In this document: positions 1-12,722 of the stretch, piece by piece
Position numbering within the stretch: the stretch's first letter is position 1
How the letters are laid out: every line of letters starts with the position of its first letter
From: Escherichia phage AV116
Length of the DNA stretch: 64,000 nucleotides
Sequence record: OR352946.1
Direction: 5' to 3' (one strand)
Notes under the pieces: model-generated
Seen by the model: the letters and a program-made list of their open reading frames with translations, nothing else
What the model was told of the DNA's origin: nothing
Databases searched by the model: none
Made by a program: the position numbers and the translations under genes

Positions 1-2317
<2,317 letters not shown>

Positions 2318-2344
2318 AAATAAAGCAAATTAAGAGGAATTAAA

Positions 2345-4327
2345 ATGGCACTTCTCTCTCCGGGCGTTGAGCTCAAAGAAACTACCGTACAGAGTACTGT
2401 AGTTAATAACTCCACTGGTACTGCTGCCCTGGCTGGAAAATTCCAATGGGGACCTGCATTCCAGATTAAACAAATCACTGATGAAGTTGCATTGGTTGAT
2501 ATGTTTGGTACTCCTAATACGGATACAGCAGATTATTTCATGTCTGCTATGAACTTCCTTCAATATGGTAATGACCTTCGTGTCGTACGCGCAGTTGATC
2601 GTGATACTGCTAAGAACTCATCTCCTGTGGCAGGCAATATTGAATTCACAATCTCTGCTACTGGTAGTAACTATGCGGTTGGTGATAAAATTATCGTTAA
2701 GTATTTGACCGAAACTGTTGAAGCAGATGGTTATGTCACTTCAGTTGATGTCGATGGTAAAATTCTTAACATTTATATCCCAACCGGTAAAATTATTGCT
2801 CGTGCAAAAGAAATTAATGAATATCCGGCATTGGGTTCTAACTGGACCGCCGAAGTTGCCAGTTCTTCTTCTGGACTTTCTGGCGTTATTACAATTGGTT
2901 CTATCGTAACTGATTCGGGTATTCTGTTAACTGAAGTTGAAACTTCTGAAGAAGCTATTACTTCTCTAACTTTCCAAGAATCTATTAAAAAATATGGTGT
3001 CCCAGGCGTAGTTGCTCTTTATCCTGGTGAACTTGGCGACCAGCTCGAAATTGAAATCGTATCTAAAGCAGACTATGACAAAGGTGCTTCAGCCCAGTTA
3101 AAAATTTATCCTGATGGTGGTACTCGTGCATCTACTGCTAAAGCAATCTTTGGGTATGGCCCACAAACTGATGACCAATATGCAATTATCGTTCGTCGTA
3201 ACGATGCTGTAGTTCAGAGCGTAGTTCTTTCTACTAAACGCGGTGAACGAGATATTTATGGTAGTAATATCTTTATTGATGATTTCTTTGCTAAAGGCGC
3301 AAGCAATTATATTTTCGCTACTGCACAAGGTTGGCCAAAAGGTTTCTCTGGCGTAATCAAACTGGGTGGCGGCTTATCATCTAATGAAACTGTTGACGCT
3401 GGTGATTTAATGGAAGCTTGGGATTTGTTTGCTGACCGCGAATCTGTTAATGCGCAGTTGTTTATTGCCGGTTCTTGTGCAGGTGAATCTTTAGAAGTTG
3501 CTTCTACAGTTCAGAAACATGTTGTAGCAATTGGTGATTCTCGCCAAGATTGCTTGGTTCTTTGCTCACCGCCACGTGCAACTATAGTCGGTATTCCTGT
3601 TAATCGTGCAGTTGATAATCTGGTTGATTGGCGTACTGCGTCAGGAACTTACACTGATAATAACTTTAATGTAAGTTCTACTTATGCCGCTATTGACGGT
3701 AACTATAAATATCAATATGACAAATATAATGATGTGAATCGTTGGGTTCCATTAGCTGCTGATATTGCTGGTCTTTGTGCTCGCACAGACAATATTTCTC
3801 AGCCTTGGATGTCTCCTGCCGGTTATAACCGTGGACAAATTCTTAACGTTATTAAGCTTGCAATTGAAACTCGCCAAGCGCAGCGTGATCGTTTGTACCA
3901 GGAAGCTATTAACCCTGTTACTGGTACCGGTGGTGATGGGTATGTTCTGTACGGTGATAAAACTGCCACTTCTGTTCCTTCACCATTTGACCGTATTAAC
4001 GTTCGTCGTTTGTTCAATATGGTTAAAACGAACATTGGTTCAGCATCCAAATATCGCCTGTTTGAATTGAACAACGCATTTACCCGTTCTTCTTTCCGTA
4101 CAGAGACTTCTCAATATCTACAGGGTATTAAAGCTCTCGGTGGTGTATATAACTTTAAAGTTGTTTGTGATACTACCAATAACACCCCAGCAGTTATCGA
4201 CCGTAATGAATTTGTAGCTACTTTCTACTTACAACCTGCAAGATCGATAAATTATATTACGTTGAACTTTGTAGCAACAGCAACGGGTGCCGATTTCGAC
4301 GAACTAATTGGTGCTGTAGGTGCCTAA
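2345..4327 (+). CDS. 18: tail sheath protein gp18
   Basis: 660 aa, position after terminase and before tail tube; T4 gp18-like sequence. Confidence 0.95.
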   Translation: MALLSPGVELKETTVQSTVVNNSTGTAALAGKFQWGPAFQIKQITDEVALVDMFGTPNTDTADYFMSAMNFLQYGNDLRVVRAVDRDTAKNSSPVAGNIEFTISATGSNYAVGDKIIVKYLTETVEADGYVTSVDVDGKILNIYIPTGKIIARAKEINEYPALGSNWTAEVASSSSGLSGVITIGSIVTDSGILLTEVETSEEAITSLTFQESIKKYGVPGVVALYPGELGDQLEIEIVSKADYDKGASAQLKIYPDGGTRASTAKAIFGYGPQTDDQYAIIVRRNDAVVQSVVLSTKRGERDIYGSNIFIDDFFAKGASNYIFATAQGWPKGFSGVIKLGGGLSSNETVDAGDLMEAWDLFADRESVNAQLFIAGSCAGESLEVASTVQKHVVAIGDSRQDCLVLCSPPRATIVGIPVNRAVDNLVDWRTASGTYTDNNFNVSSTYAAIDGNYKYQYDKYNDVNRWVPLAADIAGLCARTDNISQPWMSPAGYNRGQILNVIKLAIETRQAQRDRLYQEAINPVTGTGGDGYVLYGDKTATSVPSPFDRINVRRLFNMVKTNIGSASKYRLFELNNAFTRSSFRTETSQYLQGIKALGGVYNFKVVCDTTNNTPAVIDRNEFVATFYLQPARSINYITLNFVATATGADFDELIGAVGA

Positions 4328-4359
4328 TAAGACGCCTGATGGGCTATTTCGGTAGCCCA

Positions 4360-4367
4360 TATAAATA
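4360..4367 (+). promoter_or_regulatory. late promoter TATAAATA for gene 19
   Basis: TATAAATA immediately after a GGGCTA..TAGCCC stem-loop that follows the gene 18 stop. Confidence 0.65.
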
Positions 4368-4439
4368 TACTATATCGTTTAAAAATTAATTCTATGGGCA
4401 TCCGGTTAATCCTAAGCCCATATTACTACAGAGGCTAAT

Positions 4440-4931
4440 ATGTTTGTAGATGACGTAACTCGTGCCTTCGAATCAGGTGATTTCGCTCGCCCTAACCTGT
4501 TCGAAGTAGAAATCTCTTATCTTGGGCAAAACTTTAGCTTCCAGTGTCGTGCTACGGCTCTTCCTGCTGCGATCGTTGAAAAGGTTCCTGTTTCTTATAT
4601 GAACCGTAAAATTAACGTGGCCGGTGATCGTACATTTGATGATTGGACTATTACAGTAATGAACGATGATGCTCATAGCATTCGTCAGAAATTTGTTGAT
4701 TGGCAAGGTATTGCAGCAGGACAAGGTAATGAAATTACCGGTGGTAAACCTGCTGAATATAAAAAGTCTGCTATCGTTCGTCAATTTGCTCGTGATGCTA
4801 AAACGGTCACTAAAGAAGTTGAAATTGTCGGCTTGTGGCCTACTAACGTTGGCGAAGTATCTCTTGACTGGGACAGCAATAACGAGATTGAAACGTTCGA
4901 AGTAACTCTTGCTCTTGATTGGTGGGAATAA
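4440..4931 (+). CDS. 19: tail tube protein gp19
   Basis: 163 aa, T4 gp19 size and position. Confidence 0.95.
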   Translation: MFVDDVTRAFESGDFARPNLFEVEISYLGQNFSFQCRATALPAAIVEKVPVSYMNRKINVAGDRTFDDWTITVMNDDAHSIRQKFVDWQGIAAGQGNEITGGKPAEYKKSAIVRQFARDAKTVTKEVEIVGLWPTNVGEVSLDWDSNNEIETFEVTLALDWWE

Positions 4932-4979
4932 TCTGGTTGGGGAGAAATCCCCAGCTTCCCGTGATGACGGAGAAGTCCA

Positions 4980-4987
4980 TATAAATA
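4980..4987 (+). promoter_or_regulatory. late promoter TATAAATA for gene 20
   Basis: TATAAATA 29 nt upstream of the gene 20 ATG; RBS GGAGA. Confidence 0.65.
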
Positions 4988-5015
4988 TAACTATAATTCC
5001 CATTCGGAGAATACA

Positions 5016-6587
5016 ATGAAATTTAATATCTTAAGTTTGTTTGCTCCATGGGCAAAAATGGACGAACGTGATTACAAAGACCAAGAAAAAGAAAATTTAG
5101 AATCTATCACCGCACCAAAATTAGACGACGGCGCTAAAGAATACGAAGTATCTGAAAATGAAGCACAGCAAACATATAATGCTATGTTTCAGAGAATGTT
5201 CGGTAGTCAAGAACCAGGGCTCAAATCAACCCGTGAATTAATCGATACGTATCGAAATTTGATGACGAACTATGAAGTGGATAATGCAGTCTCTGAAATA
5301 GTTTCCGATGCTATCGTATATGAAGATGATACAGAAGTCGTTTCTATAAATTTAGACAACACAAAATTTAGTCCAAATATCAAATCAATGATGTTGTATG
5401 AATTTAATGAAGTGTTAAATCATTTATCTTTCCAACGTAAAGGTTCAGATCATTTTAGACGTTGGTATGTGGATTCTCGAATTTTCTTCCATAAAATTAT
5501 TGACCCTAAACGCCCTAAAGAAGGTATTAAAGAGCTTCGTCGTTTAGACCCACGTCAAGTTCAATATGTCCGTGAAGTTATTACAACTACTGAAGCAGGT
5601 GTTAAAATAGTCAAGGGTTATAAAGAATATTTCATTTATGACACATCACACGAATCTTATGCTTGTGATGGTCGCATATATGAAGCTGGCACAAAAATAA
5701 AAATCCCTAAAGCCGCGATTGTTTACGCCCATTCTGGTTTAGTTGATTGTTGTGGTAAAAATATCATTGGTTATTTGCATCGGGCTATTAAGCCAGCGAA
5801 CCAATTAAAACTTCTTGAAGATGCCGTCGTAATTTATCGTATTACTCGTGCCCCCGATCGTCGTGTATGGTACGTTGATACAGGTAATATGCCTTCAAGA
5901 AAAGCAGCAGAACATATGCAACATGTTATGAATACGATGAAAAACCGTATTGCGTATGATGCTACTACAGGCAAGATTAAAAACCAGCAGCATATTATGT
6001 CGATGACCGAAGATTATTGGTTACAACGACGTGATGGTAAAGCGGTAACAGAAGTTGACACATTACCAGGTGCAGATAATACTGGAAATATGGAAGATGT
6101 ACGTTGGTTCCGTAATGCGCTTTATATGGCTTTACGTATTCCTATTACCCGTATTCCAAGTGACCAAGGTGGTATACAGTTTGATGCCGGTACTTCTATT
6201 ACACGAGATGAATTGTCATTTGGTAAATTTATTCGTGAGCTGCAACATAAATTTGAAGAGATATTCCTAGACCCGCTTAAAACTAATTTAATTCTTAAAG
6301 GAATTATTACAGAAGATGAGTGGAATGATGAAATAAATAATATTAAGATAAAATTTCATCGGGATAGTTATTTCTCGGAATTAAAGGATGCTGAGATTCT
6401 GGAGCGTCGCATTAATATGCTTCAGATGGCCGAACCATTTATTGGTAAATATATTTCTCACAGAACAGCTATGAAAGATATTCTTCAGATGTCTGACGAG
6501 GAAATTGAACAAGAGGCTAAGCAAATTGAAGAAGAGTCGAAAGAGGCTCGTTTCCAAGACCCCGACCAAGAACAAGAGGATTTTTAA
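5016..6587 (+). CDS. 20: portal vertex protein gp20
   Basis: 523 aa, T4 gp20-like, head gene order 20-67-68-21-22-23. Confidence 0.95.
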   Translation: MKFNILSLFAPWAKMDERDYKDQEKENLESITAPKLDDGAKEYEVSENEAQQTYNAMFQRMFGSQEPGLKSTRELIDTYRNLMTNYEVDNAVSEIVSDAIVYEDDTEVVSINLDNTKFSPNIKSMMLYEFNEVLNHLSFQRKGSDHFRRWYVDSRIFFHKIIDPKRPKEGIKELRRLDPRQVQYVREVITTTEAGVKIVKGYKEYFIYDTSHESYACDGRIYEAGTKIKIPKAAIVYAHSGLVDCCGKNIIGYLHRAIKPANQLKLLEDAVVIYRITRAPDRRVWYVDTGNMPSRKAAEHMQHVMNTMKNRIAYDATTGKIKNQQHIMSMTEDYWLQRRDGKAVTEVDTLPGADNTGNMEDVRWFRNALYMALRIPITRIPSDQGGIQFDAGTSITRDELSFGKFIRELQHKFEEIFLDPLKTNLILKGIITEDEWNDEINNIKIKFHRDSYFSELKDAEILERRINMLQMAEPFIGKYISHRTAMKDILQMSDEEIEQEAKQIEEESKEARFQDPDQEQEDF

Positions 6588-6823
6588 TGGACGATTTAAT
6601 TCAAGCTATTAAATCAAACGACCTCGTTGCTACTCGAAAGTTTTTTGAAAGTGCAATGGCAGAAAAAACGGTTCGTTTGATTGAAGCACGCAAAGCAGAA
6701 ATCGCTTCTCAATTTTTGATTGAAGGCGAAGAACCTGAAGAAGAAAAGAAAGCTAAAGCTTCGGAAGACGACGCTGATGAAGGCGATGACGACGAAGACG
6801 AAGATGATGAGGACGATGAATAA
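6587..6823 (+). CDS. 67: prohead core protein gp67
   Basis: 78 aa with strongly acidic C-terminus ([18 protein letters not shown]); T4 gene 67 position. Confidence 0.8.
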   Translation: MDDLIQAIKSNDLVATRKFFESAMAEKTVRLIEARKAEIASQFLIEGEEPEEEKKAKASEDDADEGDDDEDEDDEDDE

Positions 6824-7248
6824 TGTATCTTATCCCTGAATCTTATGAATTGGTACTCGAAAATGTCGAAGCACTTATTCCTGAAGCACAGGGCCGAATC
6901 GATGCATTGTCTTCTGCTCTCGATATTGACGATATAAATACTATTATCGAGAACATGCTTGAAACTGAAACGGATTTAGCTGTTGCAATGGCTTCCATTA
7001 TTAATGAAGAACAGTTAAATGAGTTTATCGTTAAACATGTTTCTTCTCGTGGTGAAGTCACTCGCACTAAAGACCGTAAAACTCGTGAACGTAACGCGTT
7101 CCAAACCACTGGTCTTTCTAAAGCAAAACGTAGACAAATCGCTCGTAAGGTCGTTAAAGCTAAAAAAGCTAACCCTTCAGGCCAAGTTAAAGGCTTGCGT
7201 AAGCGTAAAAAAGCTCTTAAACGTCGTAAAGCATTAGGATTAAGCTAA
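6823..7248 (+). CDS. 68: prohead core protein gp68
   Basis: 141 aa, basic C-terminus, ATGA-type overlap with flanking genes; T4 gene 68 position and size. Confidence 0.8.
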   Translation: MYLIPESYELVLENVEALIPEAQGRIDALSSALDIDDINTIIENMLETETDLAVAMASIINEEQLNEFIVKHVSSRGEVTRTKDRKTRERNAFQTTGLSKAKRRQIARKVVKAKKANPSGQVKGLRKRKKALKRRKALGLS

Positions 7249-7889
7249 TGAATAAACCCGAGTTACTTATTGAAACTTGGGGTCAACCCGGTGAGATTAT
7301 TGATGGCGTTCCAATGTTGGAATCTCATGATGGAAAAGATTCTGGCTTAAAACCAGGGCTTTATATAGAAGGTATTTTTCTTCAGGCAGAGGTTGTTAAC
7401 CGAAATAAACGTTTATATCCTAAACGCGTTTTGGAAAAAGCAGTAAGTGACTATATTAAAGAACAAGTCGCAACCAAACAAGCCCTTGGAGAATTAAACC
7501 ATCCACCTCGTGCAAATGTTGACCCTATGCAAGCCGCTATCATTATTGAAGATATGTGGTGGAAAGGAAACGATGTATATGGACGTGCTAGAATTATTGA
7601 AGGCGACCATGGTCCCGGCGATAAATTAGCTGCTAATATACGAGCTGGTTGGATTCCAGGTGTTTCCTCTCGTGGTCTTGGTTCTTTAACCGACACCAAT
7701 AAAGGGTACCGTATCGTGAACGAAGGATTTAAATTAACCGTCGGTGTAGATGCCGTATGGGGACCTTCGGCTCCAGATGCTTGGGTTACTCCTAAACAAA
7801 TATCAGAATCAGAAAATTCGGTGGAAATCACCAAAAACAGTGCTGACGAAGCATTTAAAGCTCTCGCAGAGAGTTTAAAAGCATTATAA
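7248..7889 (+). CDS. 21: prohead core protease gp21
   Basis: 213 aa; position and size of the T4 prohead protease. Confidence 0.9.
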   Translation: MNKPELLIETWGQPGEIIDGVPMLESHDGKDSGLKPGLYIEGIFLQAEVVNRNKRLYPKRVLEKAVSDYIKEQVATKQALGELNHPPRANVDPMQAAIIIEDMWWKGNDVYGRARIIEGDHGPGDKLAANIRAGWIPGVSSRGLGSLTDTNKGYRIVNEGFKLTVGVDAVWGPSAPDAWVTPKQISESENSVEITKNSADEAFKALAESLKAL

Positions 7890-7892
7890 ATA
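7885..7892 (+). promoter_or_regulatory. late promoter TATAAATA for gene 22
   Basis: TATAAATA overlapping the gene 21 stop, 30 nt upstream of the gene 22 ATG. Confidence 0.65.
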
Positions 7893-7922
7893 ATAATGTA
7901 ATCTAAACCACAGGACACTAAA

Positions 7923-8735
7923 ATGATCAAAGAACAACTTTTGAAAGAAGCTCAGAACATCGAGACTTCAGTTGCTCTTAATAGTGTTTTCGAATCAGTA
8001 GAACTGTCTCCGGACGTTAAAGCTAATTTCAGCACTGTATTCGAAGCCACCGTTAAGCAGGAAGCAGTCAAACTAGCTGAATCTCATATCAAAGCCATCG
8101 CCGAAAAAGCCGAAGAAGAAGTTGAAAAGGCTAAAGAAGATGCTGAAGAGAAAGCTGATAAAAAATTGGCTGAACAAGCTTCTAAATTCCTAGACCATCT
8201 TGCAAAAGAATGGCTCGCAGAAAACCAAATCGCAGTTGATAAAGGCATTAAAGCTGATTTGTTCGAATCCATGCTTGGTGGTCTGAAAGAACTGTTTGTT
8301 GAACATAACGTTGTTGTTCCAGAAGAATCTGTAGATGTTGTAGCAGAAATGGAAGAAGAGCTGGCCGAACATAAAGAAGAAACCGCTCGTTTGTTCGAAG
8401 AAGTTACCAAACGTGATGCATATATCAATTACGTTCAGCGTGAAACCGCTATTAATGAAAGCGTAAAAGACCTGACTGAATCTCAGAAAGAAAAAGTTAT
8501 TGGCCTGGTTGAAGGTATGGATTATTCTGACGCATTTGGTACTAAGTTAACTGCTATTGTAGAAATGGTTAAAGGTTCTACTAAAGAAGAAGCCGCTATT
8601 ACCGAAAGTATAAATACAGTTGACAATGACGCTGCCGGTCTTAATTTTGTTGCCGAAGCAGTTGACACTACCACAACTCAGGTAGAACAGAATTCTAATG
8701 TAAGTTTATATGCGAAAGTCGCATCTCGTTTCTAA
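7923..8735 (+). CDS. 22: prohead core scaffold protein gp22
   Basis: 270 aa, highly charged E/K-rich helical protein typical of the T4 scaffold. Confidence 0.9.
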   Translation: MIKEQLLKEAQNIETSVALNSVFESVELSPDVKANFSTVFEATVKQEAVKLAESHIKAIAEKAEEEVEKAKEDAEEKADKKLAEQASKFLDHLAKEWLAENQIAVDKGIKADLFESMLGGLKELFVEHNVVVPEESVDVVAEMEEELAEHKEETARLFEEVTKRDAYINYVQRETAINESVKDLTESQKEKVIGLVEGMDYSDAFGTKLTAIVEMVKGSTKEEAAITESINTVDNDAAGLNFVAEAVDTTTTQVEQNSNVSLYAKVASRF

Positions 8736-8752
8736 TTTAAAGGTTAACACAA

Positions 8753-10321
8753 ATGACTACTATCAAAACTAAAGCTCAGCTCGTAGACAAATGGAAAGAA
8801 CTGCTGGAAGGTGAAGGCCTGCCGGAAATCGCTAATAGCAAGCAGGCTATTATCGCTAAAATCTTCGAAAACCAGGAAAAAGATTTCGAAGTATCCCCTG
8901 AATATAAAGACGAGAAAATCGCTCAGGCATTTGGTTCTTTCTTGACCGAAGCTGAAATTGGTGGTGACCACGGTTATAATGCTCAGAACATCGCAGCGGG
9001 TCAAACCTCTGGTGCAGTAACCCAAATTGGGCCGGCAGTTATGGGTATGGTTCGTCGTGCTATTCCTAATCTGATCGCTTTTGATATTTGTGGTGTTCAG
9101 CCTATGAACAGCCCGACCGGTCAGGTATTTGCTCTCCGTGCAGTATATGGTAAAGACCCTATCGCTGCTGGCGCTAAAGAAGCTTTCCATCCGATGTATG
9201 CCCCAGACGCGATGTTCTCTGGTCAGGGTGCTGCTAAGAAATTCCCAGCTCTGGCTGCTGACACTACTACTGTTGTAGGTGATATCTATACTCACTTCTT
9301 CCAAGAAACTGGTACTGTATATCTGCAAGCTTCTGCTGTCGTAACACTTGATTCTGGTGCAACTGATGCAGCTAAATTAGATGCAGAAGTTAAGAAACAA
9401 ATGGAAGCTGGTGCACTGGTAGAAATCGCTGAAGGTATGGCTACTTCTATCGCTGAACTCCAGGAAGGTTTCAACGGTTCTACCGATAACCCATGGAATG
9501 AAATGGGCTTCCGTATCGATAAACAAGTTATCGAAGCTAAATCTCGCCAGCTGAAAGCTGCTTACTCTATCGAATTAGCACAAGACCTCCGTGCAGTACA
9601 CGGTATGGATGCTGATGCTGAACTGAGCGGTATTCTTGCTACTGAAATTATGCTAGAAATCAACCGTGAAGTTGTTGATTGGATTAACTACTCGGCACAG
9701 GTTGGTAAATCTGGTATGACCCTGACTCCGGGTTCTAAAGCTGGCGTATTTGACTTCCAGGACCCGATTGATATCCGTGGTGCTCGTTGGGCCGGTGAAA
9801 GCTTTAAATCTCTGTTGTTCCAGATTGATAAAGAAGCAGTTGAAATTGCTCGTCAAACCGGCCGTGGTGAAGGTAACTTCATTATCGCTTCCCGTAACGT
9901 AGTTAACGTACTGGCTTCAGTTGATACTGGTATTTCTTACGCTGCCCAGGGTCTGGCTTCTGGTTTTAATACCGACACTACTAAGTCTGTATTTGCCGGT
10001 GTACTTGGTGGTAAATACCGCGTATACATCGACCAGTATGCTAAACAGGATTACTTCACCGTTGGTTACAAAGGCGCTAACGAAATGGATGCAGGTATTT
10101 ACTATGCTCCTTACGTTGCACTTACCCCGCTGCGTGGTTCCGATCCTAAGAACTTCCAGCCGGTAATGGGCTTTAAAACTCGTTACGGTATCGGTGTTAA
10201 CCCGTTTGCTGAAAGTTCCCTGCAGGCTCCAGGTGCTCGCATCCAGTCCGGTATGCCGTCTATCCTGAACAGCCTTGGTAAGAACGCTTACTTTAGACGC
10301 GTCTACGTTAAAGGAATTTAA
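8753..10321 (+). CDS. 23: major capsid protein gp23
   Basis: 522 aa, T4 gp23-like sequence and codon usage of a highly expressed gene. Confidence 0.95.
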   Translation: MTTIKTKAQLVDKWKELLEGEGLPEIANSKQAIIAKIFENQEKDFEVSPEYKDEKIAQAFGSFLTEAEIGGDHGYNAQNIAAGQTSGAVTQIGPAVMGMVRRAIPNLIAFDICGVQPMNSPTGQVFALRAVYGKDPIAAGAKEAFHPMYAPDAMFSGQGAAKKFPALAADTTTVVGDIYTHFFQETGTVYLQASAVVTLDSGATDAAKLDAEVKKQMEAGALVEIAEGMATSIAELQEGFNGSTDNPWNEMGFRIDKQVIEAKSRQLKAAYSIELAQDLRAVHGMDADAELSGILATEIMLEINREVVDWINYSAQVGKSGMTLTPGSKAGVFDFQDPIDIRGARWAGESFKSLLFQIDKEAVEIARQTGRGEGNFIIASRNVVNVLASVDTGISYAAQGLASGFNTDTTKSVFAGVLGGKYRVYIDQYAKQDYFTVGYKGANEMDAGIYYAPYVALTPLRGSDPKNFQPVMGFKTRYGIGVNPFAESSLQAPGARIQSGMPSILNSLGKNAYFRRVYVKGI

Positions 10322-10350
10322 TGCTTTAACGTTAAAATACATAACCTTAT

Positions 10351-10380
10351 GGGAGACTCCGGTCTCCCATTCTTGTTTCT
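10351..10380 (+). terminator. intrinsic terminator after gene 23
   Basis: hairpin GGGAGAC-TCCG-GTCTCCC (10351-10368) followed by T-rich ATTCTTGTTTCT. Confidence 0.7.
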
Positions 10381-11038
10381 ATAGCTTAAAACAATCATCG
10401 CGTTCATTAATCCAATTTCTTATAGTTTTTGCGGATACGTTAAAGAATTCGGCAGCGTAATCGTAGTGGTTAAATTCATGGCCTTTAATAGAAATATCCA
10501 CAAATACAAATTTCTTACCTTTATTAGAATTCTTTCTAATTTTTGCTTTATGCTCTTCTGATAGTTTTCTACCTTTAAGATGAGAATCTCTATTTTTATA
10601 AAACTTTTTATTTGCTATAGATTTGTTTTCTCGATGTTCTTTAGATTCTTTAGAACCTAATTTCTTTTTAGATATTTTGGCCCGAACTTCTTCAGTCATA
10701 CCAGCTTTTGTCTTTTCGGATAACATCTCACGATACCCAGGTTCCTGTAAAGCTACTATAACAGGATTACCCTTGCCGCCTAAGGCTGCATTATAAGTAT
10801 CTGTTCTCATGACAAAAGCCTCGTCAACTAGTTCGGCTTCCTTAGCATACATCTCTTCAGATGTTTCGAAATTGAAAAGGATTTCCTTTTTAAAATTCTC
10901 TAAGCCGTATTTCTTTATGGATTTTACTATGTTAACCCCGGAACCCATATAAGAATCGTTAACATCTGTGGTGGCATGGGCTCCAACATAAATCTTGTTA
11001 TTAATGAGATTGGTTATTTTGTAAATTAAATAATTCAT
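10379..11038 (-). CDS. segD: GIY-YIG homing endonuclease (Seg-like, segD position)
   Basis: 219 aa; N-terminal YKITN..KIYVGAH GIY-YIG-type motif and basic K/S-rich C-terminal DNA-binding region; lies between genes 23 and 24 as T4 segD does; symbol by position only. Confidence 0.75.
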   Translation of the reverse strand: MNYLIYKITNLINNKIYVGAHATTDVNDSYMGSGVNIVKSIKKYGLENFKKEILFNFETSEEMYAKEAELVDEAFVMRTDTYNAALGGKGNPVIVALQEPGYREMLSEKTKAGMTEEVRAKISKKKLGSKESKEHRENKSIANKKFYKNRDSHLKGRKLSEEHKAKIRKNSNKGKKFVFVDISIKGHEFNHYDYAAEFFNVSAKTIRNWINERDDCFKL

Positions 11039-11041
11039 ATT

Positions 11042-11308
11042 TTATGCTGCTTTGACACGTCGGTTGATGATATCACGGAAGTCAATACGATTTTCTTGGA
11101 TTTTCAGCCAGTTACCAGATTTGTCTTTGGTATGGGTAGAATATTCACCGTTCCACCAGAAGTCAGTTTCATAAGCCAGGGCTTCGTATTTCTTAACCAA
11201 TGCATTAACTGCATTACCGTTAGGATTGGTACCAAATTTTTCTACCAGAGCTTTGATGTCTTTGTCAAGGTTAGAAAGTGTGGTACGGATAAAGTTTAAT
11301 TTGTTCAT
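11042..11308 (-). CDS. hypothetical protein (88 aa) upstream of segD-like gene
   Basis: ATG at 11308 preceded by AGGAG with 7-nt spacer; the track start at 11323 places that SD inside the ORF; no recognisable domain. Confidence 0.5.
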   Translation of the reverse strand: MNKLNFIRTTLSNLDKDIKALVEKFGTNPNGNAVNALVKKYEALAYETDFWWNGEYSTHTKDKSGNWLKIQENRIDFRDIINRRVKAA

Positions 11309-11337
11309 TTTTAATCTCCTCATGTTTTGATAGGTCT

Positions 11338-11367
11338 ATAGTAACACGACGCTTTTTGTGTGTAAAC
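11338..11367 (-). promoter_or_regulatory. early sigma70-type promoter (GTTTAC-N18-TACTAT)
   Basis: minus-strand -35 GTTTAC and -10 TACTAT upstream of the 88-aa ORF/segD-like pair. Confidence 0.55.
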
Positions 11368-11373
11368 CACTTT

Positions 11374-11381
11374 TATAAATA
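11374..11381 (+). promoter_or_regulatory. late promoter TATAAATA for gene 24
   Basis: TATAAATA 30 nt upstream of the gene 24 ATG. Confidence 0.65.
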
Positions 11382-11411
11382 AAATTATATTCTCAATAAG
11401 GAAAAAATGCA

Positions 11412-12692
11412 ATGAGTAAAATCCAAAAATTATTGCGTGAATCTACAACGTCTACTAGCAACTCAATTGGTCGCCCAAATCTCGTTGCTTTGACTCGCGC
11501 TACGACTAAATTAATATATTCTGACATTGTAGCAACACAAAGAACTAATCAACCTGTTGCTGCTTTTTATGGTATCAAATATCTTAACCCAGATAACGAA
11601 TTCACATTTAAAACCGGTGCTACTTATGCGGGTGAAGTTGGATATGTAGACCGAGAAAAAATTACTGAACTCACAGAAGAATCAAAAGTCACACTAAATA
11701 AAGGTGATTTTTTCAAATATAATAATATCGTCTATAAAGTGTTAGAAGATACACCATTTGCAGATATTCAAGAAAGTGATCTAGAATTAGCTCTTCAGAT
11801 TGCAGTCGTTCATTTAAAGGTACGGTTATTTTCAGATGCAGCGGTAACAAGCAAATTTGAAAGCTCTGATAGCGAAATTTCTGATGCAAGATTCCAGATT
11901 AATAAATGGCAAACTTCAGTCAAATCTCGTAAACTTAAAACCGGCCTCACGGTTGAATTAGCGCAAGATTTGGAAGCGAATGGATTTGACGCCCCTAACT
12001 TCTTAGAAGATTTGCTTGCTACTGAAATGGCAGATGAAATTAATAAAGATATTCTTCAGTCTTTAATTACTGTATCGAAACGTTATAAAGTTACTGGAAT
12101 TACTGACACCGGATTTATTGACTTGAGCTATGCATCCGCTCCAGAAGCAGGTCGTTCATTATATCGAATGGTGTGTGAAATGGTATCACACATTCAAAAA
12201 GAGTCAACTTATACTGCAACGTTTTGTGTAGCCTCAGCTCGTGCAGCTGCTATTCTTGCTGCTTCTGGTTGGTTAAAACATAAGCCGGAAGATGATAAGT
12301 ATCTTTCACAAAATGCTTATGGATTCTTGGCAAATGGATTACCTCTTTACTGCGATACCAACAGTCCGTTAGATTATGTTATTGTGGGTGTTGTAGAAAA
12401 TATCGGCGAAAAAGAAATTGTAGGGTCCATCTTTTATGCTCCATACACTGAAGGAGTAGATTTAGATGACCCGGAACATGTCGGTGCATTTAAAGTTGTA
12501 GTTGATCCAGAAAGCTTGCAACCGTCTATCGGATTATTGGTTAGATATGCTTTATCAGCAAATCCTTACACAGTAGCAAAAGACGAAAAAGAAGCGAGAA
12601 TAATTGATGGCGGGGACATGGATAAAATGGCAGGACGTTCAGACTTGTCTGTTTTACTCGGTGTTAAATTGCCTAAAATTATTATAGACTAA
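11412..12692 (+). CDS. 24: capsid vertex protein gp24
   Basis: 426 aa, gp23 paralogue-like, T4 gene 24 position. Confidence 0.9.
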   Translation: MSKIQKLLRESTTSTSNSIGRPNLVALTRATTKLIYSDIVATQRTNQPVAAFYGIKYLNPDNEFTFKTGATYAGEVGYVDREKITELTEESKVTLNKGDFFKYNNIVYKVLEDTPFADIQESDLELALQIAVVHLKVRLFSDAAVTSKFESSDSEISDARFQINKWQTSVKSRKLKTGLTVELAQDLEANGFDAPNFLEDLLATEMADEINKDILQSLITVSKRYKVTGITDTGFIDLSYASAPEAGRSLYRMVCEMVSHIQKESTYTATFCVASARAAAILAASGWLKHKPEDDKYLSQNAYGFLANGLPLYCDTNSPLDYVIVGVVENIGEKEIVGSIFYAPYTEGVDLDDPEHVGAFKVVVDPESLQPSIGLLVRYALSANPYTVAKDEKEARIIDGGDMDKMAGRSDLSVLLGVKLPKIIID

Positions 12693-12693
12693 T

Positions 12694-12720
12694 AAAAAGG
12701 GACCGTAAGGTCCCTTTTTT
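12694..12720. terminator. bidirectional terminator between gene 24 and rnlB
   Basis: AAAAA-GGGACC-GTAA-GGTCCC-TTTTTT between convergent genes. Confidence 0.75.
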
Positions 12721-12722
12721 CG

